The notes: generated from the letters alone by a model not told the origin. A DNA stretch of 64,000 nucleotides from Candidatus Woesearchaeota archaeon (GCA_018696595.1 JABHQW010000008.1:363758-427757); one strand, 5' to 3'; shown: positions 36,510 through 47,244, numbered from the stretch's first letter. Numbers and translations: made by a program.

Positions 36510-37217
36510 ATGAAAAAAACAAAATACCCTTTGATTGAACTTAAAGAAGTTTGGAAAACTTATTACATCGGGAAAGTTTCTTTAGATGTGCTTAAGGGGG
36601 TTGATTTAGTGATTAACAAAGGAGAGTTTGTTGTTATTGTTGGTCCTTCTGGATCTGGTAAAAGTACAATGATGAATCAAGTTGGTGTCTTAGACGTACC
36701 AACAAGTGGAACAATCAATCTTAATGGGGTTGACATTTCTACGTTAACTGAATCTGATTTGGCGCAATTAAGGGGGAAAACAATTGGTTTTGTATTTCAA
36801 CAGTTTAATTTAATTCCAACCTTAACTGCTTTAGAAAATGTTACTTTACCAACAATTTTTCAGAATGTTCCAGAATTGGAAAGGTTGGGGAAAGCTAAAG
36901 AACTATTACAAATGGTCGATTTAGGAGACAGAATGAACCATAAACCTAATGAATTAAGTGGTGGACAACAGCAAAGAGTAGCAATTGCTCGTGCTTTGGT
37001 TAATGATCCCGAAATTATTTTGGCTGATGAGCCAACTGGAAACCTAGATTCTAAGTCAGGACAACAAGTAATGGATTTTCTTGCTAATTTACATACAAAA
37101 GAAGGTAAAACTATAATTCTGGTGACTCACGATTTAGAGTTAGTAAGGTATGCTCAGAAAGTGGTTTATCTGAAAGACGGTGAAGTTGTTAAGATTAAGA
37201 AGAATCATCGGGGATGA
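36510..37217 (+). CDS. ABC transporter ATP-binding protein (MacB/LolD-like)
   Basis: GPSGSGKS, LSGGQQQR, ADEPTGNLD. Confidence 0.95.
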   Translation: MKKTKYPLIELKEVWKTYYIGKVSLDVLKGVDLVINKGEFVVIVGPSGSGKSTMMNQVGVLDVPTSGTINLNGVDISTLTESDLAQLRGKTIGFVFQQFNLIPTLTALENVTLPTIFQNVPELERLGKAKELLQMVDLGDRMNHKPNELSGGQQQRVAIARALVNDPEIILADEPTGNLDSKSGQQVMDFLANLHTKEGKTIILVTHDLELVRYAQKVVYLKDGEVVKIKKNHRG

Positions 37218-37333
37218 TTTTTTTTCTAGTTTTAAGTGTTTTGTGATGGTTAAATAGTAAAATATCTTTTAAACTAGCTAAATCTTTATAAATCATGATA
37301 TGGAGTAACAGGTAAAAGGGTGAGGTGAGCTTC

Positions 37334-38938
37334 ATGGAACAAAAACAATTAGATGAAGAAGATACTTTTTTTGGTGAAGAATTCATTGAGGAAGATACTC
37401 CTAAGAAGGAACTCAAAGAAGAGAAACCACTAAAAAAAGAGAAATCAAAAGCTTCTACAAAAAAAACAGTTAAAAAAGAAGCGGCAGATAAAATGGAAAC
37501 AAAAGAAGAACCGAAAACGGTTATTATTGATGAGAATGATAAAGAAGTTAAAGATAACACTGAAGAAGTGAAAATAACTTCTACTAAGGAACCAATTAAA
37601 GAAGAACCAAAAGCTGAACCAAAAGCTGAAACAATAGCACCAATTGATCCTTGGGCTGATGAAGATGAAGACGAAGGTGGGATGTTTAAAAGTACTTCTT
37701 CTTGGAAATTGATCTCCGGAATTTTGATTATATTACTGATAGTCTCAGTTTATACAAACGGATTTGGATTAGCAGCAAGCAATGGTCTAGGGGATGATAT
37801 CTCTTTAACAGAAGCTGAGGTTAAAGCGTTAGGTTATGTAAATAATAATCTATTACAAGCACCATTTGTGGCGGAATTAACTAGTTCTGAAGATGCTGGC
37901 AATTTGTATAAAGTGACTTTAAGTGTAGCTGGACAAACAGTTGATTCTTACATTACAAAAGATGGTAGTTTATTTTTTCCACAAGGATTTGAAACTGTTG
38001 AAGCGGCTGTTGAAGCAGTAGAAGTTTCTATGGACGATGATACTGTTAAAGGAGATGCTAATGCGCCTGTAACAATTATTGAGTTTAGTGACTTTGAATG
38101 TCCTTTCTGTGGCAAGTATGTTTCAGAAACATATCCTCAGATTGTTAAGGATTACATTGAGACTGGTAAGGTTAAGTATGTATTTAGGGACTTCCCATTA
38201 GATTTCCATCCTAGTGCTCAGAAAGCAGCAGAAGCCGCTGAATGTGCAGGAGAACAAGGAAAGTATTGGGAAATGCATGATGTTTTGTTTGAGAATCAAG
38301 ATGCATTAGAAGTAGAGACCCTCAAAATGTATGCAGTTAGTCTTGGTTTAGATACTGCTGAGTTTAATAGCTGTTTAGATTCTGGAGCAATGGCCGAAGA
38401 AGTTAAGAAAGACTTAGCTGACGGTCAAGCTTATGGGGTTTCAGGAACACCTGGATTTTTCATTAACGGAAAATTAATATCCGGTGCACAACCTTTTGAA
38501 GCGTTTAAACAAGAGATCGAAGCGGCTTTAGTTGAAGCTTCCGGTGAAGTAGTTGAGACAGAAGAGCCAGTTGTTGTTGAAGAACCAGTTGTAGAAGTGG
38601 TGGTTGAACCCGAAACAGAAGTTGTAGTGGCAGATCCAGTAGTTGAGGAACCAGTTGTTGTAGCACCTGTTGGAGAGTTAAAAGTTGTTCCAGTTACAGC
38701 AAAGAAATGGATGTTCGGACCTAACCAAATTGTTGCTAATGTGGGTGATACTGTTCAATTAAATATTGTCCCTAATGGATTAGATTTTACTTTTGCTTTG
38801 CCAGCGTTTGGGCTTGAACAAGAGATTGTTGGTCCTACAACCGTTGAGTTTACTGTTGATACAGTTGGTGAGTTTGAGTTCAAATGTAGCAGTTGTGAAG
38901 ATTGGCGAGGAATGATTGGAACTATAGTTGTTGAGTAA
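37334..38938 (+). CDS. membrane-anchored DsbA-family oxidoreductase with C-terminal cupredoxin-like domain
   Basis: Acidic N-terminus, TM, EFSDFECPFC, GTPGFFING; terminal FEFKCSSC...GMIGTIVVE. Confidence 0.85.
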   Translation: MEQKQLDEEDTFFGEEFIEEDTPKKELKEEKPLKKEKSKASTKKTVKKEAADKMETKEEPKTVIIDENDKEVKDNTEEVKITSTKEPIKEEPKAEPKAETIAPIDPWADEDEDEGGMFKSTSSWKLISGILIILLIVSVYTNGFGLAASNGLGDDISLTEAEVKALGYVNNNLLQAPFVAELTSSEDAGNLYKVTLSVAGQTVDSYITKDGSLFFPQGFETVEAAVEAVEVSMDDDTVKGDANAPVTIIEFSDFECPFCGKYVSETYPQIVKDYIETGKVKYVFRDFPLDFHPSAQKAAEAAECAGEQGKYWEMHDVLFENQDALEVETLKMYAVSLGLDTAEFNSCLDSGAMAEEVKKDLADGQAYGVSGTPGFFINGKLISGAQPFEAFKQEIEAALVEASGEVVETEEPVVVEEPVVEVVVEPETEVVVADPVVEEPVVVAPVGELKVVPVTAKKWMFGPNQIVANVGDTVQLNIVPNGLDFTFALPAFGLEQEIVGPTTVEFTVDTVGEFEFKCSSCEDWRGMIGTIVVE

Positions 38939-38980
38939 AAACCAAAAAGCTTTTATTATCTTTTTCTTTTTCTTTTTTTT

Positions 38981-39499
38981 ATGCGTAAAAAGAAGGAAAA
39001 ATTGTTCAGTAAGATTATCATTGTTTTATTCTTAATCATGATTGCTGTTGGGTTTATGATCCCGGGGTCTATTGATTCTAATAATGACTCTCAAGGTTAT
39101 GTTGAGCCAAGAATCTGTCAAGTTGATGTTGATTGCTATTTGATTTGTGAGGATAAGCCCGTTAAAGTGTTATGCTCTCAGAATTTATGCGTTCAGAATA
39201 CTTGTGAAGAAGGAAATTATTATTCTTTTAATGACAATCCTTTAAGTTTCGAGTTGGTTGTTGAGGGAAATGGTACTTCTCTTGATCTAATTGGAAAAGA
39301 TGAAGATCTTTTTGTTAAATTTAGTGGCAACCAAGTTAGTCTGTATTCTTCTGGATTATCTCTTGGCCATGTTTTAGAGAAAGTCGGAATGAAAATAGAT
39401 TCTGAATTTTCAATGGTTTACGTTAACAATGAACAGAATTATGCTTACTCTGAGTTTGTTCCTAAAGAAGGAGATAGTGTTAAGATTGTTTATGAGTAA
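38981..39499 (+). CDS. membrane-anchored hypothetical protein
   Basis: TM, small Cys knot (C..DVDC...C...LC.QNLC), ubiquitin-like-looking C-terminus. Confidence 0.7.
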   Translation: MRKKKEKLFSKIIIVLFLIMIAVGFMIPGSIDSNNDSQGYVEPRICQVDVDCYLICEDKPVKVLCSQNLCVQNTCEEGNYYSFNDNPLSFELVVEGNGTSLDLIGKDEDLFVKFSGNQVSLYSSGLSLGHVLEKVGMKIDSEFSMVYVNNEQNYAYSEFVPKEGDSVKIVYE

Positions 39500-39510
39500 G
39501 TTTTATATAT

Positions 39511-39531
39511 CTTCTTCTTCTTCTTCTTCTT
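39511..39531. repeat. (CTT)7 simple sequence repeat directly after a TATA box
   Basis: TTTTATATAT followed by seven CTT units. Confidence 0.85.
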
Positions 39532-39565
39532 AATAAATATTTAATAAAAAATGAGGCTGATATAT

Positions 39566-40513
39566 ATGAAAAAGATAATTTTAATGTTAAGTTTATTGGT
39601 AATTGCAATGTTTTTAGTTGGTTGTACTGGGGAAGTTTCTGATGAAGAACTCAATGCTGAATTGGAAGAACTCTCTGATGAAGAGTTTCTTGATGTTATT
39701 TCTGATGAAGAACCCGGTGCTTTAGCAGGACAAGCTCGTGCTATACCTATAAGTAGAGTAAGATCAAAAATTAAAAAATTAACCTGGACATGTACTGAAA
39801 GTGATGGACAAGTTATTTATGATTCTTCTTTTGGTTCCAAGTTAATGGAAAGAAATATGTGTTTAGGTAATAATCTTAATGTGATTTACTGTGATGGAAA
39901 TGAACTGAGGTGGGACAAACTTGCTGTTTGCAACAATGGTTGTGAAAATGGCGCTTGTATTGGGGAGTTTCCAAATAATAAACTTACGTTGTACCAAAAT
40001 AATGTTTACAAGGCCATTATAAAAGCAGAGGGGACCAGTTATCCTTTCTATTTTGATATTATAAAAGAAGAATTAACGTTAACTTATTCAGGCAATAATG
40101 TAGCTTATAAATTAGAAAAGTCAGCAAATGGCAATTATGAGGATAATTTTAAGATTGGTGGTGTATCTTATTCTGTACTTTTAGATTTTAGTATTATTAA
40201 TCAAACTAAGATTGTTTTAAATAATTGGCCTGGGACTGATGGAATGATGAAATCTGCATTATACTTAGATGATACCTACTCTAATTCTTTCAAATTAAAA
40301 GGAACCAGTAACTCTTATTATTTTGATTTTGAAGAAGAGAAATTGATATTTAATTATTGGGAGAATAATGTAATCAAAAAGTTAGCAATGGAAAAATTTG
40401 GTGATGTGTATGTTGGTACTTTTAAAGTTGGCGGAATGTCTTATCCAGTAACTGTGGACTTTAGTTTTGATTCTCCTGTGATGACTTTGTTTGGTTGGCC
40501 AGGAACTTCATAA
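39566..40513 (+). CDS. lipoprotein with Cys-rich module and duplicated beta-rich domain
   Basis: ATG 39566 after GAGGCTGA; lipobox LVGC; two ~85-aa repeats each ending WPGT. Confidence 0.8.
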   Translation: MKKIILMLSLLVIAMFLVGCTGEVSDEELNAELEELSDEEFLDVISDEEPGALAGQARAIPISRVRSKIKKLTWTCTESDGQVIYDSSFGSKLMERNMCLGNNLNVIYCDGNELRWDKLAVCNNGCENGACIGEFPNNKLTLYQNNVYKAIIKAEGTSYPFYFDIIKEELTLTYSGNNVAYKLEKSANGNYEDNFKIGGVSYSVLLDFSIINQTKIVLNNWPGTDGMMKSALYLDDTYSNSFKLKGTSNSYYFDFEEEKLIFNYWENNVIKKLAMEKFGDVYVGTFKVGGMSYPVTVDFSFDSPVMTLFGWPGTS

Positions 40514-40609
40514 ATTTTTTCTTTCTTTTCTTTTTTCAATTATGCATTCTTTTCTATAATCATCACACGCCCATAATATTTATAAATAGATGATTCTCTA
40601 TCTTTTGTT

Positions 40610-41896
40610 ATGGATGAAAAACAAAAATCATTAAATTATCACTCTCAAAAAATACCTGGGAAAATAACTGTAGTTCCTACTAAACCTTGCACTACTGCAG
40701 AAGAATTATCTTTAGCTTATACTCCTGGTGTTGCTGAACCCTGTTTGGAAATAAAAAATAATCCTACAGATGCTTACAAATACACTGCTAGGGGAAATTT
40801 GGTCGCTGTAATAAGTAATGGCACTGCGGTTTTGGGTTTGGGAAACATTGGTGCTCTTGCTGGTAAACCAGTTATGGAAGGCAAGGGAGTTTTATTTAAG
40901 AGATTTTCAGGGGTTGATGTTTTTGATTTAGAGATTAATGAAACAGATCCTCAAAAATTTATTGAAATCGTTGCTTCTTTAGAACCTACTTTTGGTGGAA
41001 TTAATCTTGAAGATATTAAAGCCCCCGAATGTTTCCAGATTGAAGAAGAATTAATTAAGAAAATGAATATTCCTGTTTTTCACGATGATCAACATGGTAC
41101 TGCAGTAATTACGGCTGCTGGTTTGTTAAATGCTTTGCAAATTGCTAAGAAAAAAATTGAAGAAGTGAAGATGGTTTTTTCTGGTGCGGGAGCAGCAGCG
41201 ATTGCTTGTGCAAATCTTTTGGTTGATTTGGGTGCAAAGAAAGAAAATATTTTCATGTTTGATAGTAAAGGTCTTTTGACAAGGGGGAGGTTACCAGAAC
41301 TGAATAAATATAAAGCTAAATTTGTTCAAGAAAATAATCACAGTTTAACAGATGCTTTTGTTGGAGCAGACGTTTTTATTGGCGTTTCTAAAGGCAATAT
41401 TATTTCTCAGGAAATGGTTAAGTCGATGGCTAAATTGCCAATTGTTTTTGCAATGGCTAATCCTACCCCTGAGATCTCTTATTTAGATGCTAAAGAAGCG
41501 GTTCCAGAGACCATCATGGCTACTGGTCGTTCAGATTATCCTAACCAGGTTAATAATGTCCTTGGCTTTCCTTTTATCTTTCGTGGGGCTTTAGATGTAC
41601 GTGCGACCCAAATTAATAAAGAAATGAAACTTGCTGCTGTAAAGGCGTTAGCAGAATTGGCACATCAACCAGTTCCAAAAGAAGTAGTTGCTGCTTATGG
41701 TCAAGATTTTTCTTTTGGTCCAGATTATATTATCCCTAAACCTTTTGATCCTCGTGTTCTGTACCATGTTGCTCCGGCTGTGGCTAAAGCGGCCATGGAA
41801 AGTGGAGTCGCACAAAAAAATATTGATGATTTAGATCAATATAAAGAAGAATTAAAAGAATTAGCAAATAACCTTTCTCAAGGAAAGTTCTTGTAG
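40610..41896 (+). CDS. NAD(P)-dependent malic enzyme
   Basis: [45 protein letters not shown]. Confidence 0.95.
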   Translation: MDEKQKSLNYHSQKIPGKITVVPTKPCTTAEELSLAYTPGVAEPCLEIKNNPTDAYKYTARGNLVAVISNGTAVLGLGNIGALAGKPVMEGKGVLFKRFSGVDVFDLEINETDPQKFIEIVASLEPTFGGINLEDIKAPECFQIEEELIKKMNIPVFHDDQHGTAVITAAGLLNALQIAKKKIEEVKMVFSGAGAAAIACANLLVDLGAKKENIFMFDSKGLLTRGRLPELNKYKAKFVQENNHSLTDAFVGADVFIGVSKGNIISQEMVKSMAKLPIVFAMANPTPEISYLDAKEAVPETIMATGRSDYPNQVNNVLGFPFIFRGALDVRATQINKEMKLAAVKALAELAHQPVPKEVVAAYGQDFSFGPDYIIPKPFDPRVLYHVAPAVAKAAMESGVAQKNIDDLDQYKEELKELANNLSQGKFL

Positions 41897-41967
41897 TAGT
41901 GCAATCTTATTAATTACTAATGCTCTACTCATAAATCTTTATAAATAACTAGTTCTCTATTTTTGTT

Positions 41968-43179
41968 ATGGAATACGCAAGCATAATTAATTTTTTAGAA
42001 AAGATTGGCAAGATCGCCAATTTGGATGAAGCAGAATTAGAACTGCTAAAAACACCACAACATATTCATCAGGCAGAACTAGAAGTTTCTGGTAAAAAGT
42101 ATCCTGCATTTAGAGTACAACATAATAATGCTAGGGGGCCTTTCAAAGGAGGAATTAGATTTCATCCAGAAGTGAATCTTGATGAAGTTAAAGCTCTAGC
42201 TTTTTGGATGTCATTAAAGACTGCAACTGCAGACATTCCTCTTGGTGGTGGAAAAGGGGGAATTACAGTTAATCCTAAAGAATTGTCTAAAGAAGAGATT
42301 GAAGAATTAAGTCGTGCTTATGTTAAAGCTTTTTACAAAGTGATTGGTCCGCAAGTAGACATTCCTGCTCCTGATGTTTATACTACTCCTGAAATAATGG
42401 CTTGGATAAGAGATGAATATGAAAAGTTAGTTGGGGAGAAAGCCCCTGGCGTTATTACTGGGAAACCAATTGAAGCTGGTGGATCTTTAGTTAGAGATAT
42501 TGCTACTGCTCTTGGCGGAGTTTATGTTTTAGAAGAAGCAATGAAGAAAATTGGTTTATCTGAGAAAACTGTTGCTGTGCAAGGTTTTGGTAATGCGGGG
42601 ATGAATGCTGCTAAATTGTTAGCGGAGAGGGGATTTAATGTTGTTGCTGTTTCAGATTCTAAAGGTGGAATACTTAATAATAATGGATTAAATATTGGGG
42701 AATTAATTAAAACCAAATCTGAAACTGGAAGCGTGGTTAATTATTCTGATGCTGAGAAAATTTCTAATGCGGAGTTGTTAGAATTAGATGTTGCTGTTTT
42801 AGTACCTTCTGCTTTAGCGAATGTTATTACTGCAGAAAATGCTGGTAATGTTAAAGCAAAAGTTGTTGTTGAGTTAGCTAATGGTCCAACAACTTCTGGG
42901 GCTGATGAAATTTTACATTCTAATAATGTTTTAGTGTTGCCTGATATTCTTGCTAACGCTGGCGGTGTAACTGTTTCATATTTTGAATGGTTACAGAACA
43001 ATGAAGATTATTATTGGGACGCAGAAACTGTAAAAACTAAGTTGAAAGAGAAAATGATTAGTGCTTTTGAACAGATCTGGCAGAAGTATTCTGGAAGTGA
43101 GCATGATTTTAGAACTAATACGTACGTTTTAGCTGTTAAGAAGATTTTAGATGCAGAGAGGGCTCGGGGAAGACTTTAG
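41968..43179 (+). CDS. gdhA: glutamate dehydrogenase
   Basis: RGPFKGGIRF, GGGKGG, DIPAPDV, QGFGNAG, ELANGP. Confidence 0.93.
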   Translation: MEYASIINFLEKIGKIANLDEAELELLKTPQHIHQAELEVSGKKYPAFRVQHNNARGPFKGGIRFHPEVNLDEVKALAFWMSLKTATADIPLGGGKGGITVNPKELSKEEIEELSRAYVKAFYKVIGPQVDIPAPDVYTTPEIMAWIRDEYEKLVGEKAPGVITGKPIEAGGSLVRDIATALGGVYVLEEAMKKIGLSEKTVAVQGFGNAGMNAAKLLAERGFNVVAVSDSKGGILNNNGLNIGELIKTKSETGSVVNYSDAEKISNAELLELDVAVLVPSALANVITAENAGNVKAKVVVELANGPTTSGADEILHSNNVLVLPDILANAGGVTVSYFEWLQNNEDYYWDAETVKTKLKEKMISAFEQIWQKYSGSEHDFRTNTYVLAVKKILDAERARGRL

Positions 43180-43305
43180 AATTCTTTTATTATTTTCTTT
43201 TACTTATATAAAAAAGCAAAAATCATTCTGATTTTTTGTTCTGTTTTAATTTATTCTAATTAAAACAGAAAAGCATAAAAACTAGTTATTATTCTACATT
43301 TTAAA

Positions 43306-44613
43306 ATGGAACGGACACTAATTAAAGATCTAAAAGATAACATTGGAAAGGAAGTCTTACTGAAAGGTTGGATTCAAGAATTAAGAAATTTGAGCAAAAT
43401 CAAGTTTCTAATTTTAAGAGACAGAACTGGAGATATGCAAACTCTGGCTTTCAAAGGTGACACTGAAGAAGAATCATTTAATGCACTTGATGATTATACA
43501 AAAGAGTCAGTAGTAGAAATTATTGGCACTCCTAAAGAAAATAAAACTTCTCATTGGGGAATTGAAGTTATGATTAAGAATGTTAAGGTTCTTAATAAAT
43601 CAGAAGTACCACATCCAATTGACAATACTGACAAAAGTCAAACCAATATTGATAAGAGAATTGACCATCGATTCTTAGATACTCGAAATCTTAAGAAACA
43701 AGCTATTTTTAAAATTAGAAGTAAGATTACTAAAAATGTGGCTTTGTTTTTGGATAGTCGTGGTTTCACTAATATTCATACTCCAAAAATAACTACTATT
43801 GGTGTTGAGTCTGGAGCAGACTTGTTTATGGTTGATTATTTTGGTAAACCCATTTATTTATCTCAGTCTCCGCAAGTTTACAAACAGATGTTTGTTGCGG
43901 GTGGTTTTGAAAGAGTTTACGAAATTGCTCCGGTTTTTCGAGCAGAGAAGTCTCACACTTCTCGACACTTAACAGAATTTACTGGTGTAGATTTTGAGAT
44001 GGCTTTCATCAAAGACGAACATGAAATTATGACTTTTATTGAAGGAATGTTAATTGATCTATTAACTAAATTGAAAGAAGAATCTGCCTCAGAATTAGTA
44101 TTGTTGGGAATAGAACATAACATCCCCGATGAAATTCCTCGAATTACGATGGGAGAAGCTAAAGCTCTTCTAGCAGAAAAAGGTAAAAAGTATGCTGATG
44201 AAGATGATTTAGATCCTGAAGGAGAAAAAATGTTGGGCGAAATCGTTAAAGAGAAGTATAATTCTGAGTTTGTATTTTTAACAAACTTTCCTTTTGCAAT
44301 TAGGCCGTTTTATCATATGAAAGCCGATGAAGATCCTAACGGAACAAAAAGTTTTGATTTACTATTTAACGGAGTGGAGATTGCTACTGGTGCACAAAGA
44401 GAACATCGTTTAGAAGTTCTTGAGAAACAAGCTAAAGGAAAAGGTCTTGACATGAATCAAATGCCAGAGTATAAAGACATTTTCAAATATGGTTGTCCTC
44501 CTCATGGTGGTGTTGGTTTTGGTCTTGATCGGATTACTCAACGTTTACTTAAATTGGACAATGTTCGAGAAGCTGTTTTACTTCCTAGGGATCCTGAGAG
44601 AATGAGTCCTTAG
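43306..44613 (+). CDS. aspS: aspartate--tRNA ligase (archaeal type)
   Basis: LSQSPQVYKQ Asp-recognition motif, FRAE motif 2, PPHGG motif 3. Confidence 0.92.
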   Translation: MERTLIKDLKDNIGKEVLLKGWIQELRNLSKIKFLILRDRTGDMQTLAFKGDTEEESFNALDDYTKESVVEIIGTPKENKTSHWGIEVMIKNVKVLNKSEVPHPIDNTDKSQTNIDKRIDHRFLDTRNLKKQAIFKIRSKITKNVALFLDSRGFTNIHTPKITTIGVESGADLFMVDYFGKPIYLSQSPQVYKQMFVAGGFERVYEIAPVFRAEKSHTSRHLTEFTGVDFEMAFIKDEHEIMTFIEGMLIDLLTKLKEESASELVLLGIEHNIPDEIPRITMGEAKALLAEKGKKYADEDDLDPEGEKMLGEIVKEKYNSEFVFLTNFPFAIRPFYHMKADEDPNGTKSFDLLFNGVEIATGAQREHRLEVLEKQAKGKGLDMNQMPEYKDIFKYGCPPHGGVGFGLDRITQRLLKLDNVREAVLLPRDPERMSP

Positions 44614-44713
44614 TTTTTTATTTTATTTTTTTAACTTCAACTGAAATTAAACTCTTCTTTACATTTATATACTCCTAGGATTTATTAATTTCTATTAAAC
44701 GGAGGTCAACACA

Positions 44714-45583
44714 ATGACATTTAAAGAACAATTGAATACAATTAAGAAAAATTGGATTATTGGATTAGTACTATTATTATTTGTTTTGCTACCCTTTTTT
44801 TCAGGAACTAATTCTGGCTTGAGTAAGAGTTCTGGATTTGGAATGCCAATGGGGGAATCAGCTGAGATGGCTATTGCTTCAGATTCAATGGGAAGATATT
44901 ATGAACAAGGATTTGCACCTGAAGTAGAAGATCGAAAAATAACTAAGAATGCTTATCTTTCAACAGAAGTTGACAGAGGAACATTTCAATCATCTGCGGA
45001 TAAACTAAAAAGTATCGTTAAGTTAAGCAACGGTTATCTTTTGAACGAGAACGTAAATAAACACGGACAAAGTAAGAAATCTTATTACTCTGGTAGTTAT
45101 CAAATCAAAGTTGAAACTTCTAAGTATGATTCTGTTATTCTACAACTGAAAGAAATTGGTGAAGTACAATCTTTTACTGAAAGTATGGGCGATATTACTG
45201 CAAGGTATACTAACTTACAAACAGAATTAGATGCAGAGAAATCTCGGTTAGCTAAGTTTCAACAGATGTACAATCAAGCAGATGAAATTTCTGATCAGAT
45301 TCAATTAGCGGATAAGATTTACTCTTTAGAGAAAACTATTGATTACTTAGAACAAGCCCTTAGTAACGTACAAATGAAAGTTGATTATTCAACAATTCGG
45401 GTTAGTCTTCAGGAAGAACGTTCTGAATATGCTAATGTTGCTTTGGTAAAGTTTTCTCAGTTAATTGATGCAATCGTAGACAGTTTCAACAGTTTGTTAC
45501 AGTTAATCTTTGTAATCTTTCCGTACGCAATCGCTTTAGGATTGATTTGGTTAGTTGTTAGAGTTGTGAGGAAGAGAAGATGA
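44714..45583 (+). CDS. DUF4349 domain protein
   Basis: N- and C-terminal TM; RKITKNAYL, DIT..Y..L, coiled coil, VDYSTIRVSL. Confidence 0.85.
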   Translation: MTFKEQLNTIKKNWIIGLVLLLFVLLPFFSGTNSGLSKSSGFGMPMGESAEMAIASDSMGRYYEQGFAPEVEDRKITKNAYLSTEVDRGTFQSSADKLKSIVKLSNGYLLNENVNKHGQSKKSYYSGSYQIKVETSKYDSVILQLKEIGEVQSFTESMGDITARYTNLQTELDAEKSRLAKFQQMYNQADEISDQIQLADKIYSLEKTIDYLEQALSNVQMKVDYSTIRVSLQEERSEYANVALVKFSQLIDAIVDSFNSLLQLIFVIFPYAIALGLIWLVVRVVRKRR

Positions 45584-46251
45584 AGAAACTAATCTCTTTA
45601 TTTTTTGTTTTATCTCTTTTTTTAGTTAGTTCTGTAACGGCTGACATGATGCCCGCGGGACATAAATCTGTTAGATATACTTTTGAGATTGAGAACATTG
45701 CTGATTATCCAGATCATGTTTTTATCCTGTACGGAGAGATTGGTACTCGGGAAATACTTGAACCTGGCCAGGAAGTTCATTTTTATAAGTACTCTTCCCC
45801 ATATATTTATGCAATAAAAAAGACAGATTTTGACTTAAAAAATTTTGAGCAGTTGAAAGAAGGAGATTATAAAGTAATGGAAAATTATTTTGAAACTAAT
45901 CCTGATTTAATAAAATCAGATTTACAATTAACTAATTACGGGATGGTTTCGGAGTTTGATCCTTTGGATAAAGCTAAAGACGTCTTAAAAATAAAATTAC
46001 TTGATGAAAACAATCTTTTAATTGTTAAAGATAAGGTGATCTACACTTATGAAGACGGAACTTCTGAAGAGAAAGTTTATGGGCAACAAGGAATTACAAG
46101 CTCTTTAGACCATGGTGGTTTTCCTGTACCTTCAAGAACAACAATTTTTCCTCCCTGGACTATGTCTGCTTTATTTTTGAGTGGGTTTTTGTTATCTTTA
46201 TCTGCTTTAATCTTAATAATTGTTTTGGTTGTTAGAAGAATTAGAAGATGA
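45580..46251 (+). CDS. secreted protein with C-terminal membrane anchor
   Basis: Signal peptide (VTA-DM), terminal TM and RRIRR. Confidence 0.7.
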   Translation: MKKLISLFFVLSLFLVSSVTADMMPAGHKSVRYTFEIENIADYPDHVFILYGEIGTREILEPGQEVHFYKYSSPYIYAIKKTDFDLKNFEQLKEGDYKVMENYFETNPDLIKSDLQLTNYGMVSEFDPLDKAKDVLKIKLLDENNLLIVKDKVIYTYEDGTSEEKVYGQQGITSSLDHGGFPVPSRTTIFPPWTMSALFLSGFLLSLSALILIIVLVVRRIRR

Positions 46252-46550
46252 TTTTAACTTATTTATTTTGTTTTATTTTAACTTTTGTTTTAGAGTTTTC
46301 CATCATATTTTTTCTTAGTAAAGAAAACTGGAAAGAATTATTTCTGTATGTTCTTTTAATTAATCTATTTACTTGGCCTTTAGCAAACTTAGCTTATTAC
46401 TTTGGTGGGAACTTTTATTTAATTGAATTAAATGTAATTTTGGCAGAAGGATTGTTATTGACTTTATTATTGAGAAAGAAATATATCTATTGTTTGGGAT
46501 TGTCTTTCATTGCTAATTTAGTTACTGCTCTGTTAAGTTTTTTGATTTGA
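46248..46550 (+). CDS. small integral membrane protein
   Basis: Four hydrophobic segments, overlapping start with the upstream gene. Confidence 0.7.
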   Translation: MILTYLFCFILTFVLEFSIIFFLSKENWKELFLYVLLINLFTWPLANLAYYFGGNFYLIELNVILAEGLLLTLLLRKKYIYCLGLSFIANLVTALLSFLI

Positions 46551-46551
46551 C

Positions 46552-47190
46552 TTACTTTCTCTTAACCCATTCTCTAACCACAACGACAAGTAAATAAATC
46601 ACTACGGCCGATAAACTTCCTACTAAGAACCATAAAGCAATGTCTGGTTGAGAAGAAGGTAGGCAATCCATAACTAACTGTTGTGCTACTGGAGCTGCTT
46701 CTGTAGCTATGGCTTGGTTTGCCATTTCTTCTAATATAGGTGCTGCCCCCATAACTTTAGTAGTGGCTCCAAAATCTTCAGCTCTACCAACAAATCCTGT
46801 GAATAATTTAATCACTGCACTAATACCTAAAGCAATAATTCCGACAGGAAGAACATTCTTTAATGCTTGTCTTAATCCAGAAACCTTTCTGGGTGCGATA
46901 ATAATATATTTGTTAGCTAATTTGTAATGGTTAACTTCTCGGCCTTTCTTAGAATAATGAAATTCTTCGGCAACAATTAAACTTGCTTCAGTTAATTTCT
47001 GTAAGTGATAATGAACTGTTGAGATTGGAATCTTTAATTCTTTAGACATATTTGCTTCTGTATCATGTTCTTTCTCTGTTAAGTAGTTGAGAATTTTTCT
47101 ACTTGTTTCAGAAGTAATAGTTTCTGCTAACTTCTTAGTTTTCTTTTCGTTCAAATCTACTAATAGGAAATTATTTTTTGCCATATCCAT
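46552..47190 (-). CDS. membrane-anchored ArsR-type HTH regulator
   Basis: ETSRKILNYL...STVHYHLQKL wHTH followed by two TM segments. Confidence 0.82.
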   Translation of the reverse strand: MDMAKNNFLLVDLNEKKTKKLAETITSETSRKILNYLTEKEHDTEANMSKELKIPISTVHYHLQKLTEASLIVAEEFHYSKKGREVNHYKLANKYIIIAPRKVSGLRQALKNVLPVGIIALGISAVIKLFTGFVGRAEDFGATTKVMGAAPILEEMANQAIATEAAPVAQQLVMDCLPSSQPDIALWFLVGSLSAVVIYLLVVVVREWVKRK

Positions 47191-47244
47191 TGATTTATTT
47201 TTAGTATTTAAATAGATTGTGATAAGTTTAGGTTGGGTTGAAGT

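Noticed and set aside
34042-37217. MacB/LolCDE-like ABC system as evidence for a Lol outer-membrane lipoprotein pathway
   Set aside because: The COG1361 plus two permeases plus ATPase module is widespread in monoderm archaea, and no LolA/LolB is visible.
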